NCBI GenBank assembly: GCA_963666365.2
Contig: CAXXNF010000002.1
Coordinates: forward strand, 2,240,001 to 2,304,000
Direction: 5' to 3'
Length of the DNA stretch: 64,000 nucleotides
Origin: Syntrophales bacterium
Lineage (GTDB): Bacteria; Desulfobacterota; Syntrophia; Syntrophales; UBA2210
A program made the position numbers and the translations under genes. Below, in pieces: positions 1 to 9,517 of this stretch. The notes beneath the pieces are model-generated. The model searched no databases. It was not told the origin of the DNA and was given only the letters and a program-made list of their open reading frames with translations. Within the stretch, counting starts at the first letter, position 1. Every line of letters begins with the position of its first letter.

Positions 1-175
1 ACGCGCCGACAATAAAGATACTCGCAACAAGCCCTGCGGTACTCGTAGTCGCATGAAATTCATCTACGGCATAAAAAGCGATAATGACCATCAATAACAG
101 GTGTATCAGGAACACCAGGAAATTAATGGCAGATACCGTGATGAAATCTCTCGTCCAAAGCTTCTCCCTATCCAT
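1..175 (-). CDS. MFS transporter, N-terminal part (runs off window)
   Basis: Manual translation MDREKLWTRDFITVSAINFLVFLIHLLLMVIIAFYAVDEFHATTSTAGLVASIFIVGA; typical MFS start (KLWTRDF) with two hydrophobic helices; absent from ORF track. Confidence 0.8.
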   Translation of the reverse strand, partial: MDREKLWTRDFITVSAINFLVFLIHLLLMVIIAFYAVDEFHATTSTAGLVASIFIVGA

Positions 176-728
176 TGTTTCCATTTCGGTCATTTGCTGC
201 AATAAGCAGCAGTCTCCATAATCTGCAGATCTGCAGGCGCTCCGGCGCCCTCCCTGCCGCACAAGATCCGCTGTTTCAGCGTTTCCGGTTAATCGGCCGC
301 CTGCACATTGCCCTTATTCGGTCCGGCCACCTGTGCAAAGGATTGCGAGCACACCATCCCTGCCGCATTCGGGATCGTACATCCTTTCCCCCTTCCTTTG
401 CGTTGTGCCATTTGAATGAGATCCGGCAGGGAATGCGAATAAGCGCATATTGCACAAGAAATTGCACCCCGGAAAAGATTTGTCAAGGGAATAAGGGTCC
501 CTGAAGATGAGACAGCGGTGCATACAAGGGGGGCGCCGGCCGACAAAAAGAGCGGTAACCGGTCCGGTTGTATCCACCGGGGATCAGCCTGTAGGTCGAC
601 CATGTGGTCAGTTTTTTCACCCTGGACGCAGGCATTTCCTTTCTTTTTAAGAAAAAATATGCGACAAATCCTATGCAAAAAAACTACAAGGCCGATATGA
701 TAGAGGCTGATTACAAAGGAAGGTACCG

Positions 729-2174
729 ATGGAGGCTGCTGATCTTGATTTTTTATTTCATCCTACTTCAATCGCTGTTGCAGGAGTAAAAGATGCCGAT
801 GTTCTTTTCAATCCCGGCTTGATGTTCATGACGGCCCTGGCCGACTTCGGATATAAGGGCCGGATCTATCCCCTTAATCCCAAAGGCGGAAAGGTGATGG
901 GCCGGGAGATTTACAAATCACTTGCTGATATACCCGGCCAGGTGGATTATGTCATATCCGCGGTCCCCTCCCGGAACACGCCCCAACTGGTGGCCGATGC
1001 AGCCGCCAAGGGGGTAAAGGCCATACATTTTTTTACCTCCGGCTTCGGCGAAATAGAAAACACAGAGGGGAAAAGGCTGCAGGACGAGATTCTCAGAATT
1101 GCACGCCAGGGAGGGGTACGGATCATCGGCCCCAATTGTCTGGGCCTATATTGCCCCAGGGGGGGATTGACCTTTAACCCCGACGTGTCAAAGGAAAGCG
1201 GCCCCGTCGGCATGATTTCTCAAAGCGGGGGAAACGCTTCACATGCCATGGCGGAAGGCAATTCAAGAGGGATACGCTTCAGCAAGGTCATCAGCATGGG
1301 AAATGGCGCCGATCTCAACGAATCGGATTATCTCGAGTATTTAGCCCATGATCCCGACACAAAGATTATCACCGCCTATATTGAGGGAATCAGAGAGGGG
1401 CCCCGTTTTTTGAAGGCCCTTAAGGCGGCAGCAAAAATTAAGCCGGTAATCATTCTCAAGGTGGGAGATTCTCCCGCCGGCGCGGAGGCCGCCGTCTCTC
1501 ACACCACGGCAATGGCCGGCGCCAGCGAAGTGTGGGAAGGGCTTTTACGGCAGGCCGGCGCCGTCCAGGTCTACAGCATCGAGGAAATGATCGATATGGC
1601 GGCGGCCTTTGTTTATATGCGTCCCCCCGCCGGCAGAAATACAGTGGTCCTGGGCGTTGGAGGCGGGGCCAGCGTTGTCCTCGCGGATGAATTTTCCCGG
1701 ACAGGGCTGTCACTGCCCAAATTTTCCACGGACGCGCGGCAGAAATTGATCGGCCTCTATTCTTCCGAAGCCGGCCGCATTTTTAAAAATCCCGTCGATA
1801 TAAATAATTTTGAAAGTCCGGAAACCTTTGCCGCAACTATACAAGCAATCGAGGCTGAAGACATGGTGGATTTTATGGTCATACATGTGGCGTTCGACCA
1901 TTTCGGCCTGGTCAGCGAAAAGGCCAAAGTGCTTGTAATGGAGGTGTACCGGTCGTTGATTCTCGATTTAAAAGGCAAAGTCAACAAACCGGCGGCCATT
2001 ATTCTGCACTCCTATGCAAGTGAAAAGTCAAAGAAAATTGCCGGCGACATGGGGAACGCTCTTACCAAATCGGGATTCGCCGTATTCCTTTCGATCCGCA
2101 GTGCGGCCGTCGCCCTGAACAAATATATTGCCCATCAACAGAGACCCGATACCGTAAGATGGGAAGGCCCGTAA
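729..2174 (+). CDS. Acyl-CoA synthetase (ADP/NDP-forming), alpha-subunit type CoA-binding protein
   Basis: CoA-binding N-terminus (PTSIAVAG, YPLNPK), IIGPNCLG, SQSGG, SMGNGAD, phosphohistidine motif AAVSHT, KNPVD; no ATP-grasp domain. Confidence 0.9.
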   Translation: MEAADLDFLFHPTSIAVAGVKDADVLFNPGLMFMTALADFGYKGRIYPLNPKGGKVMGREIYKSLADIPGQVDYVISAVPSRNTPQLVADAAAKGVKAIHFFTSGFGEIENTEGKRLQDEILRIARQGGVRIIGPNCLGLYCPRGGLTFNPDVSKESGPVGMISQSGGNASHAMAEGNSRGIRFSKVISMGNGADLNESDYLEYLAHDPDTKIITAYIEGIREGPRFLKALKAAAKIKPVIILKVGDSPAGAEAAVSHTTAMAGASEVWEGLLRQAGAVQVYSIEEMIDMAAAFVYMRPPAGRNTVVLGVGGGASVVLADEFSRTGLSLPKFSTDARQKLIGLYSSEAGRIFKNPVDINNFESPETFAATIQAIEAEDMVDFMVIHVAFDHFGLVSEKAKVLVMEVYRSLILDLKGKVNKPAAIILHSYASEKSKKIAGDMGNALTKSGFAVFLSIRSAAVALNKYIAHQQRPDTVRWEGP

Positions 2175-2227
2175 AATTAAAGGCCGGCAACACAGGAGCA
2201 CAGACGAAAAAGGAGGGGAACTACCCG

Positions 2228-3421
2228 ATGAAACGAGCCCTGGACGGGATACGTGTATTGGATATGGGGAGCTATATTGCGGCCCCATACTGCGCGATGT
2301 GCCTGGCCGACCATGGCGCAGAGGTCATTCGCGTTGAGCCTCCCGGAGGCAAGGTCGATCGCGAACTGGGCCCTTTTGCCCCCGACGGCCAACCGATGAT
2401 CTACGGGTTGTCCTATCAGCGCAACAAGAAGAACATTACCCTGAATTTGCGTTCTGAAACAGGGAAAGGGCTCCTCGATGCACTGGTAAAAAAGTTCGAT
2501 ATCCTTGTGCACAATTATCCCAAAGGAACAGAGGAGGCAAACACGCTCGAGTATGATCGTTTGAGCGGAATCAATCCGGCATTGATTGTGGTGGCCGTAT
2601 CCGGATTCGGCCAGAACGGCCCCTATGCGGAGCGCCCCTGTTTTGACGCCATCGCCCAGGCCATGTCGGGAATGATGAGCTATACGGGATATCCCGACGG
2701 TGATCCCCTGCGGGCGGGTCCCTCGTATATAGATTTCAACACGGGCGCCCGGGCGGCCCTCGGCGCCGTGATGGCCTGTTTTGAACGCACGCAAAGCGGC
2801 CTGGGGCAGCTGGTCGACGTGTCGCTCTTCGACGTGGCCTTCGGGATAGCCGCCGCGTCGGGATGCGCCGCCGAGTATAGGGTGTGGGGAGAAGTGCGGA
2901 AGGCCGTCGGCAACGGAGGCTTCTATGCCTATTGTTGCAGCGCCCCCGCACGGGACGGCTTCCTGATGATCAATATAGTCGGAAACAATCTGTGGCGGCG
3001 CATGTGCCGCGTGCTTGGCCGGAAAGACATGATCGCCGACAGTCGTTTCAAGGACAATCTGGCGCGGTATCGCAATTATACGGCTATCGACGAAGTGGTG
3101 TACGCCTGGATTCAGAATAAGACCGTCGCCGAAGCCATGGCCGTTCTTGACGAGGCCGGCATCCCCTGTGGTCCCGTCAACAATGTGCCTGCGTCACTCG
3201 ATGTCCCGCAGGTGGCGGCGCGGGAGATGCTGGTGGAGATTGATTATCCCGGTACGGGAAAGGTGCCGGTGCCGGGAGTTGAGATCAAGCTGTCCAGGAC
3301 ACCGGGGAAGATCACCCGGCGGGCCTCTTTTCTCGGAGAGGACAACGAGGCCGTTTATTGCAATCTTCTGGGGTACGGCCACGATGACCTGAAACGATTC
3401 CGGGAAGAGAACGCCATATAG
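2228..3421 (+). CDS. Family III CoA-transferase (CaiB/BaiF)
   Basis: LDGIRVLD, AAPYCAMCLADHGAEVIRVE, RNKKNITLNL, SGFGQNGPY, IPCGPVN; start moved to ATG 2228 behind AGGAGG RBS. Confidence 0.93.
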   Translation: MKRALDGIRVLDMGSYIAAPYCAMCLADHGAEVIRVEPPGGKVDRELGPFAPDGQPMIYGLSYQRNKKNITLNLRSETGKGLLDALVKKFDILVHNYPKGTEEANTLEYDRLSGINPALIVVAVSGFGQNGPYAERPCFDAIAQAMSGMMSYTGYPDGDPLRAGPSYIDFNTGARAALGAVMACFERTQSGLGQLVDVSLFDVAFGIAAASGCAAEYRVWGEVRKAVGNGGFYAYCCSAPARDGFLMINIVGNNLWRRMCRVLGRKDMIADSRFKDNLARYRNYTAIDEVVYAWIQNKTVAEAMAVLDEAGIPCGPVNNVPASLDVPQVAAREMLVEIDYPGTGKVPVPGVEIKLSRTPGKITRRASFLGEDNEAVYCNLLGYGHDDLKRFREENAI

Positions 3422-3448
3422 AAAACTCGATGCTTCGACCGCCTTTCG

Positions 3449-5554
3449 TCACGGGTCAACCAGAAGCGTATAGCTGTCAGATGCATCAGGCGTCCGGCAG
3501 ACAGCCAGATAGAAGGCGCCCTTTTGCACTGTGGCGGATATTCGGTCCACTCCCTGGACAATGAAAGAATCAGGATCCGAATCGAACAGTGTGAGCCAAT
3601 AGCCCCCTCCGCCATCGGGAATCTCGAATGTCACTTCAGTGTCCCCGGCAGGAGAATTGAAGCGATACCAGTCGGTCTTGTGGAATCCCACCGTACCGCT
3701 CACCACATCACCGGAAGAGAGAAGGGACGCCTGTTCAATGGGAACGGCCTCATAGCCGACAAACTGCAGTTTCTCCGAGCCTGCATCGTCTTTCACCTGC
3801 ACAGCGCTTCCATTCCGATTGGCCAGACCGCCCACAAAGGCCAGATAATCGTCCCGGGGGAAAATTACCTGGAGATTGGCGCCCTGACGAACCATAAGCA
3901 CCCCTTTGACATCCTCCACCGCGAGAAAAGGGCATCCATCCCAGTTCAGGTCATTAAAGGGGATGTTGTCTATAAGCCATCGACAGCCCACCCGCTTCGC
4001 CCATGCAGCGGGAATCGCCGGAATATTGAGTTTTTCACCCAGTACGGCCGTCACATACCCGCCGAACACACTCTCATCCACCACCGATGTGTCGCTCCCC
4101 ACCTGTATCATTACAAAGTGGTCCACCCCCATGAATGAGACGGGACGGAAGGTCAGGCGCTCCGGTGCACCCGCAACGGCCCAGAGATCTCCTTCATTGG
4201 TCAGCCTTTTCACCTCCGGATCTCCGGTGTGGGCATCTTTCACCCATGAAAGGGTCCCGTCGAGATTGTCCACAATCCGATCATAGCCGTTTTTTTTCAC
4301 ATAGGTTCCGGCAATCAACGCGGGGTTCGTCTCTGATGGAATATCGAGATAGGAAGGAAGCGAGGGCTTCATGCCCGTTTTTTCTTCGACGGCCTGTTTC
4401 AGGCACTCGCGGGCAATGGAATAGACGGCCCACTGGGCCGTGTCGGAGTTGGTAAGAACAATTACTGCAAGATTCAGGTCCGGCAGTATCTCCATAAACG
4501 AATTGAAATGTCCTGTGCTGCCGTTTTTGGTCCACGCCCGCCCCGCGTAGCGCATCACAGGATCATCCATGGTGTCGAGACCCAGGCCCGGCGTTGAATA
4601 GGAATTCCAGTCCAGAGGCGTTCGTTCCCCCTGCCCCATGCGATCGACCGTACCGGGCATGATAATCTGCTCTCCCGCTGCACTTCTCCCGCGGTTTAAC
4701 ATCATAGCGAGAAAACGCCCCATATCGAGAACCGTCGTGACAGCCCCTCCTGTGGCGCCAAATACGCAGTTTGTCTCCACGGGGGGAAGAGGCGCCCCGC
4801 CTATGTACCCAACGGCCATGGTTCCTGGGAATGCCCGAAAGGAGGTGTCATGCATATCAAGAGGACTGAAAAGCTGCCGGATCATGAATTCATTGAATGT
4901 CTCCCCGCTCCGGCCTCCGATGCGCTGCGCAATTTCGCCGGCAAGCACGAACCCCGTATTGCAGTACACCGATATTTCTCCCGGCGCGTAACTGGGATAC
5001 TCATTCGCAAGACAGTGCAAAAGCCAATCGATGTAGAGATCACACCCCCATTGATTCCAGGCCTCTGCCACGAATCCCCCGTTGTATATGTCTCCCGGGA
5101 TCCCCGAATGGTGGTTAAGGAGTCGTTCCACCGTAATGTTCTGCATTTGACCTGGAAATCGGGGAAGAAGCTGAAACTCGGGCAGGTAGGTCGTGGCCGG
5201 CTTTTCAAGAGAAAGAAGTCCCTGATCCACCAGTTGCAGCAGGGCCACGGTGGTGAGTGTTTTGGAGCCTGATCCGAGCATGTAACGCGTATCCGCCTGT
5301 GCAGACACACCATTTTCACGGTCCGCCCACCCGAATCCCCGTGCCCAGGCAATCCGTCCATCGTCGACAAGGACGATGCTGAGACCTACCATATTCTTTT
5401 CGGCCATGGTTTCCGTAATGAATTTAGATGTTTTCTGGACAGTGACGGGAAAGATCCTGTAACCGGAGCGGTATTCACCGGTGCAGGCAAGCAGAAGCAA
5501 AGAAAGGCAAAACCATATGAAAATCTGCAGAGGTCGTTTCTCCGTCTTTTTCAA
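3449..5554 (-). CDS. Serine hydrolase (beta-lactamase/AmpC-like family), probable lipoprotein, with C-terminal PPC-like domain
   Basis: Lipobox LLLAC; SxxK (GSGSKT), LLNHHSG, YxN (YCN), KNG triad; C-terminal GTVGFHKTDWYRF resembles a pre-peptidase C-terminal domain. Confidence 0.85.
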   Translation of the reverse strand: MKKTEKRPLQIFIWFCLSLLLLACTGEYRSGYRIFPVTVQKTSKFITETMAEKNMVGLSIVLVDDGRIAWARGFGWADRENGVSAQADTRYMLGSGSKTLTTVALLQLVDQGLLSLEKPATTYLPEFQLLPRFPGQMQNITVERLLNHHSGIPGDIYNGGFVAEAWNQWGCDLYIDWLLHCLANEYPSYAPGEISVYCNTGFVLAGEIAQRIGGRSGETFNEFMIRQLFSPLDMHDTSFRAFPGTMAVGYIGGAPLPPVETNCVFGATGGAVTTVLDMGRFLAMMLNRGRSAAGEQIIMPGTVDRMGQGERTPLDWNSYSTPGLGLDTMDDPVMRYAGRAWTKNGSTGHFNSFMEILPDLNLAVIVLTNSDTAQWAVYSIARECLKQAVEEKTGMKPSLPSYLDIPSETNPALIAGTYVKKNGYDRIVDNLDGTLSWVKDAHTGDPEVKRLTNEGDLWAVAGAPERLTFRPVSFMGVDHFVMIQVGSDTSVVDESVFGGYVTAVLGEKLNIPAIPAAWAKRVGCRWLIDNIPFNDLNWDGCPFLAVEDVKGVLMVRQGANLQVIFPRDDYLAFVGGLANRNGSAVQVKDDAGSEKLQFVGYEAVPIEQASLLSSGDVVSGTVGFHKTDWYRFNSPAGDTEVTFEIPDGGGGYWLTLFDSDPDSFIVQGVDRISATVQKGAFYLAVCRTPDASDSYTLLVDP

Positions 5555-5583
5555 GGATTTGCTCCTTTTGCAACGGTATATAT

Positions 5584-5626
5584 ATCACCCTCACCCCAAC
5601 CCTCGCCCCTCAAGGGAGAGGGTGAT
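5584..5626. repeat. REP-like palindrome (CCCTCACCCC..CCCTC.CCC....GGGAGAGGG type)
   Basis: atcaccctcaccccaaccctcgcccctcaagggagagggtgat; ends atcaccctc/gagggtgat are complementary; degenerate relative at 28489-28541. Confidence 0.65.
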
Positions 5627-5728
5627 TTTCGACTTCTTCTAAGTAACTGCCGCTTACTTCCTATTATTATAATGCCGACGTATTGGTATGATGGAGCTTT
5701 ATGCGAGACTGTCAGTCCCTACAGGTGC

Positions 5729-5764
5729 AAACGGCCTCATACCGACAGGGCAATGAGGCCGTTT
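5729..5764 (-). terminator. Intrinsic terminator-like hairpin after acyl-CoA dehydrogenase
   Basis: Perfect 12-bp stem aaacggcctcat/atgaggccgttt just past the stop at 5778. Confidence 0.7.
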
Positions 5765-5777
5765 CCGTTTTACTTTC

Positions 5778-7652
5778 CTACTCCAGAGGCGCTCCGGTGA
5801 AATTCGCCGATTCCGCCTTCAGGGCCGCACCTTCGTTGTTCATGATGCATTCAATCCGGCCGAAGAATTTGGGGAATTCAGCGCCGATATAGAACTGTCC
5901 TGACAGGACCCTGCCGTTGTAATAGGCCGCTTCGACGTCTTCAGCGATCTTCTTCCTTCGCTCGTCGCCCTTGGCATCGCCCAGGATGGCGTTCATCCTG
6001 GGTATGGCGATGGTCAGGCTCCACAGATGCAGCCAGGCCACAATGAGGGGGAACATAGCCTGCTGGAAGGGCGTGGCGTTGAGCACCAGGGCCATGAACT
6101 TGCCCTCGCCCATCTGCCCCTTCATCATCTCGATCACCTCGTCGAGCTTTGCAAGGCCGCGCACAACGGGCTCGATATATTTCTCGTCCACGATGCCCCT
6201 GGCCTTGTCAATCGTCGCGTTCATGCGCGTTCTGAGCTGCCCGTAATTGTACATCTCGGGGTTCATGAGAATCTTGCGCATCTGAAGGTCAAGGGACTGG
6301 ATCGCGTTGGTGCCCTCGTAAATGGAGAAAACCTTAACGTCGCGTGCGTACTGCTCGACCGGATATTCATTACAGTAGCCGTATCCTCCGTACACCTGCA
6401 TGGCTTCTGCCGTCACCAGCCAGGCTTCGTCGGAAATGCCGGCCTTTACGATGGGAGTGAGAATATCGACAATACCCGTTGCCGCTTTAACCTCTTCGGG
6501 ATCTTTCGACGCATGCATAATGTCTTCGTGATAGGCGAGGAAGAGACAGAGCATCCGCATACCTTCAATGGTGCTCTTCATATACATGAGCATTCGCTTG
6601 ACGTCGGGATGCTCGATGATGGCCACTTTCGGGGCGCTCTTGTTCATCATCTGGGTAATATGGACGCCCTGGACCCTGTTGCGGGCATAGGTCACGGAGT
6701 GCAGATACCCGGCGCTTGAACATGCCTCGGCCTGAACGCCCGTATGGATGCGGGCCGCATTCATGAGATGGAACATGATCTGCATGCCCTGGCGCTCCTT
6801 GCCCAGAAGATAGCCGATGCACTTGCCGTTGTCGCCGAAGCTGAGCGTCGATGTGGCGTTCCCCTTGAGGCCCATCTTATGCTCAATGCCGGCGCAGACC
6901 AGATCATTGCGCTCGCCCAATGACCCGTCAGGATTCACGAGATATTTCGGAACGATGAAGATGGAAATGCCCTTGGTCCCTTCCGGGTCGCCTTCGATCC
7001 TCGCCAGCACCGGGTGTATGATATTTTCCGCCATATCGTGTTCGCCGTTGCTGATGAAGATCTTCTGGCCTGTGATAAGATAGGTGCCGTCAGGCTGTTT
7101 GACCGCCTTGGTCTTGAGGGCCCCCACATCGGAACCGGCGCCCGGTTCGGTCAGGCACATGGTGCCGCCCCAGGCCCCCTCGAACATCTTGGGAAGAAAC
7201 ATGTTCTTCAGTTCTTCGGAGCCGAAAGGCAGAATAAGAGCCATCGCACCGGTAATCGCACCGCAGTACATGGTCAGTGAGGTATTGCCGGCATTGAAGT
7301 ACTCGGCCGCTGCCATGGAAATGCTGGAAGGAAGTCCCATTCCGCCTACTTCCTGGGGGAAGGCCAGTGTATGAAACCCCGCTTCCACGTATGCCCGGAA
7401 TCCCTTGTGGAACGATTCAGGCACCGTGACCGTGTAATTCTTCGGATCATACTTGAGCCCTATCTTATCGCCATCGGCGTTGGACGTATAGAACGCCTCT
7501 ATGGCAATCTTTTCCGCGAGATCCAGGGTGTCTTCGTAAATGGATCTATCATAATCCTGGAATTGTTCATATCGATTCAATTTATCCAGCTCCAGAAGTT
7601 CGAAAAGGACAAACCTCTGATCACGGGTATCGACCAATGAGTTGAACGACAT
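5778..7652 (-). CDS. Acyl-CoA dehydrogenase
   Basis: GTMCLTEPGAGSDVG, GQKIFIS, GTKGISIFIVPK, EHKMG, QVYGGYGY, IYEGTNAIQ; start at ATG 7652 with GAGGAGG RBS. Confidence 0.95.
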   Translation of the reverse strand: MSFNSLVDTRDQRFVLFELLELDKLNRYEQFQDYDRSIYEDTLDLAEKIAIEAFYTSNADGDKIGLKYDPKNYTVTVPESFHKGFRAYVEAGFHTLAFPQEVGGMGLPSSISMAAAEYFNAGNTSLTMYCGAITGAMALILPFGSEELKNMFLPKMFEGAWGGTMCLTEPGAGSDVGALKTKAVKQPDGTYLITGQKIFISNGEHDMAENIIHPVLARIEGDPEGTKGISIFIVPKYLVNPDGSLGERNDLVCAGIEHKMGLKGNATSTLSFGDNGKCIGYLLGKERQGMQIMFHLMNAARIHTGVQAEACSSAGYLHSVTYARNRVQGVHITQMMNKSAPKVAIIEHPDVKRMLMYMKSTIEGMRMLCLFLAYHEDIMHASKDPEEVKAATGIVDILTPIVKAGISDEAWLVTAEAMQVYGGYGYCNEYPVEQYARDVKVFSIYEGTNAIQSLDLQMRKILMNPEMYNYGQLRTRMNATIDKARGIVDEKYIEPVVRGLAKLDEVIEMMKGQMGEGKFMALVLNATPFQQAMFPLIVAWLHLWSLTIAIPRMNAILGDAKGDERRKKIAEDVEAAYYNGRVLSGQFYIGAEFPKFFGRIECIMNNEGAALKAESANFTGAPLE

Positions 7653-7843
7653 ACTATACCTCCTCAAATTAGATGTTGTGTTTTACTGACGATAGTTAAA
7701 GATTTACAATCGAATCATGTGCATCTGCCACCAACTTCCAACAACGCCCTATCACGATTTTCATTTGAGCGCCACCATATAATTCGCAATGGCCTCTCAA
7801 AAATTTTCAGTTTGTAACACGGAAAAATCCCCCATCCTAAAGG

Positions 7844-8554
7844 TCACTCTGCGGGAAGCCACGCCATCAATTCGCTCAATGCAGTTGAACTGCGCAGATA
7901 GGAATTTCCCGTTCCCGTCGCCATCGCCCTTTTTTGCGTTTTCTGAAGCAGCTTTCGCAGCGACCAGGAATTGACGTCCTCGCTGTCCCGGGTCGGCGTC
8001 TCCGAGACATAGCCCCACATATGCTGTAGGGCATTCCTGATGCCCCCTTCGTTCGGCCGCGTTCGCAGCATTTCCGTCAACTGCAATGCCAGCTCGCTGA
8101 AATCCCTCTTCATTTCGGCCATCTCGCGGCCGATATCCTTATATACATTCGGATTGCGGGCGAGCACTGAATACTTGTGATGGCGCCAGAGCTCCTGCGC
8201 ATTTTTCGGCAACGGGATCCTCCCCCCTTCTTTCTGCGCATACTTCAGTTTCAGCAGTTGAAATTGCCTGCCCGGTTCATCAACGTAGGTGTCCGGCCAG
8301 ACGCAGACGCCTTCGTCCGACGGCGCCGCTACGGAAGTTCTGTCGTTGAATCCCCTCAGCGTCATTTCGCAGGCGAGCAGTCCATGGCGCTGCCGGAGCG
8401 CGTCGACGTGACCGACCCAGCGCATCGTCTCGGGATGGCGGGAATAGCCCTTTTTACAGTGTACAATGATTGAAATAATGCCGTGCAGCTCACGGTGCTC
8501 GGCGAGCAGACTTTGACGGTTCAGATAACCCGGATTGATGTCCCATACTCTCAT
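7844..8554 (-). CDS. Pyrimidine dimer DNA glycosylase/endonuclease V-like domain fused to DUF1722 (YbgA-like) domain
   Basis: N-terminus MRVWDINPGYLNRQSLLAEHRELH...YSRHPE; C-terminal HKYSVLARNP and NALQHMWGY. Confidence 0.75.
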   Translation of the reverse strand: MRVWDINPGYLNRQSLLAEHRELHGIISIIVHCKKGYSRHPETMRWVGHVDALRQRHGLLACEMTLRGFNDRTSVAAPSDEGVCVWPDTYVDEPGRQFQLLKLKYAQKEGGRIPLPKNAQELWRHHKYSVLARNPNVYKDIGREMAEMKRDFSELALQLTEMLRTRPNEGGIRNALQHMWGYVSETPTRDSEDVNSWSLRKLLQKTQKRAMATGTGNSYLRSSTALSELMAWLPAE

Positions 8555-8644
8555 GCATACTATCAGCCGCCGCATACCCCGCACTGCCGAAGGCCTAGGC
8601 GGTTTTTCACGACGGCGCCTGTTGTGCGGGGAGCGGTCGTTTCT

Positions 8645-8806
8645 CTATTTATTCTTCGCAACAACCCACACGGCATGCACAATGCCGGGGATATACCCGA
8701 GCAGTGTAAGAATAATATTAATCCAGAAATGCTTCCCGATGCCCACCTGGAGAAACACTCCCAGTGGGGGCAGTATGATTGCACATATGATCTTGATAAT
8801 CTCCAT
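8645..8806 (-). CDS. YqaE/Pmp3 family small membrane protein (53 aa)
   Basis: Manual translation MEIIKIICAIILPPLGVFLQVGIGKHFWINIILTLLGYIPGIVHAVWVVAKNK with diagnostic ILPPLGV and LLGYIPGIVHA; below ORF-track size cutoff. Confidence 0.93.
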   Translation of the reverse strand: MEIIKIICAIILPPLGVFLQVGIGKHFWINIILTLLGYIPGIVHAVWVVAKNK

Positions 8807-9255
8807 AATTCTCTCTTTTTTTATGCGTAGCGCTTCAAAAACTCAGAGCGCGTCCATCCATGTTCCTCACATGAATAACGCCCTTGATCATTGGCTGTCA
8901 AGCAGTTTTACCGCTGTCGCCGTCATGAAGGGTATGTCCTTCCTGCATTAGATCTCGATTCCCATACCGGTATGATAGAGTCTGCTTGTACGGGGTCAGG
9001 GATTGGTCATTATTTGACAGGCAGCTGCGGCCATGATTGCCTTCAGGCATTTTACCTATTGACATATGCGCCATACTCTTATAGAAGGTGGTCATATGTC
9101 TTAAAGTTAACGTAGGAATCCTTTAAGGTGCATCTCGCACCTGAGATTTAAAGGGTGCCGGCGGCACTTAAGAGAGAAGTATTCATGCACGAAAACCGCG
9201 ACAGGTGTAAGATAGAGGCGTAATGATTTTCGTGTGAGAAAATCAGCCGAAACGG

Positions 9256-9297
9256 AATTGTGCCCGGTCTTTTTCAAAGGCCGGGCATAATTTTTTT
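9256..9297 (+). terminator. Intrinsic terminator
   Basis: aattgtgcccggtcttt-ttc-aaaggccgggcataatt followed by a T run. Confidence 0.8.
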
Positions 9298-9322
9298 CCG
9301 GAAGCGGCCACGGTTATTTCAA

Positions 9323-9352
9323 TTGACAGATCCCTGTCATCTCGCGTATTCT
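9323..9352 (+). promoter_or_regulatory. Putative sigma70 promoter with overlapping operator palindrome
   Basis: TTGACA-N18-TATTCT; inverted repeat TGACAG-atcc-CTGTCA at 9324-9339 overlaps the -35 element. Confidence 0.5.
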
Positions 9353-9517
9353 ACACCAAATGCTTAGATGCTCTTCAGCCTTTGGATTATACCGTGATGG
9401 CTGAAGGCTATTCTGAGTATCCGCAATAACCGTTTTGGGACTTTTTTTCAAGATCGGGGCATACACCCCATACCATCCACTTCTTTTACAACAGACACCG
9501 GTTAAGGAGGAAAGAAA

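Noticed and set aside
175..728. Several short overlapping ORFs
   Set aside because: No motifs or RBS; most likely the divergent promoter region between the MFS and CoA ligase genes.
3449..5554. Antibiotic-resistance beta-lactamase
   Set aside because: The SxxK/YxN fold is shared by many esterases and peptidases. The 701 aa length and extra domains argue against a classical AmpC.
8560..8644. Integron attC site between the small genes
   Set aside because: A hairpin is present, but there is no properly placed RYYYAAC/GTTRRRY pair and no integrase.
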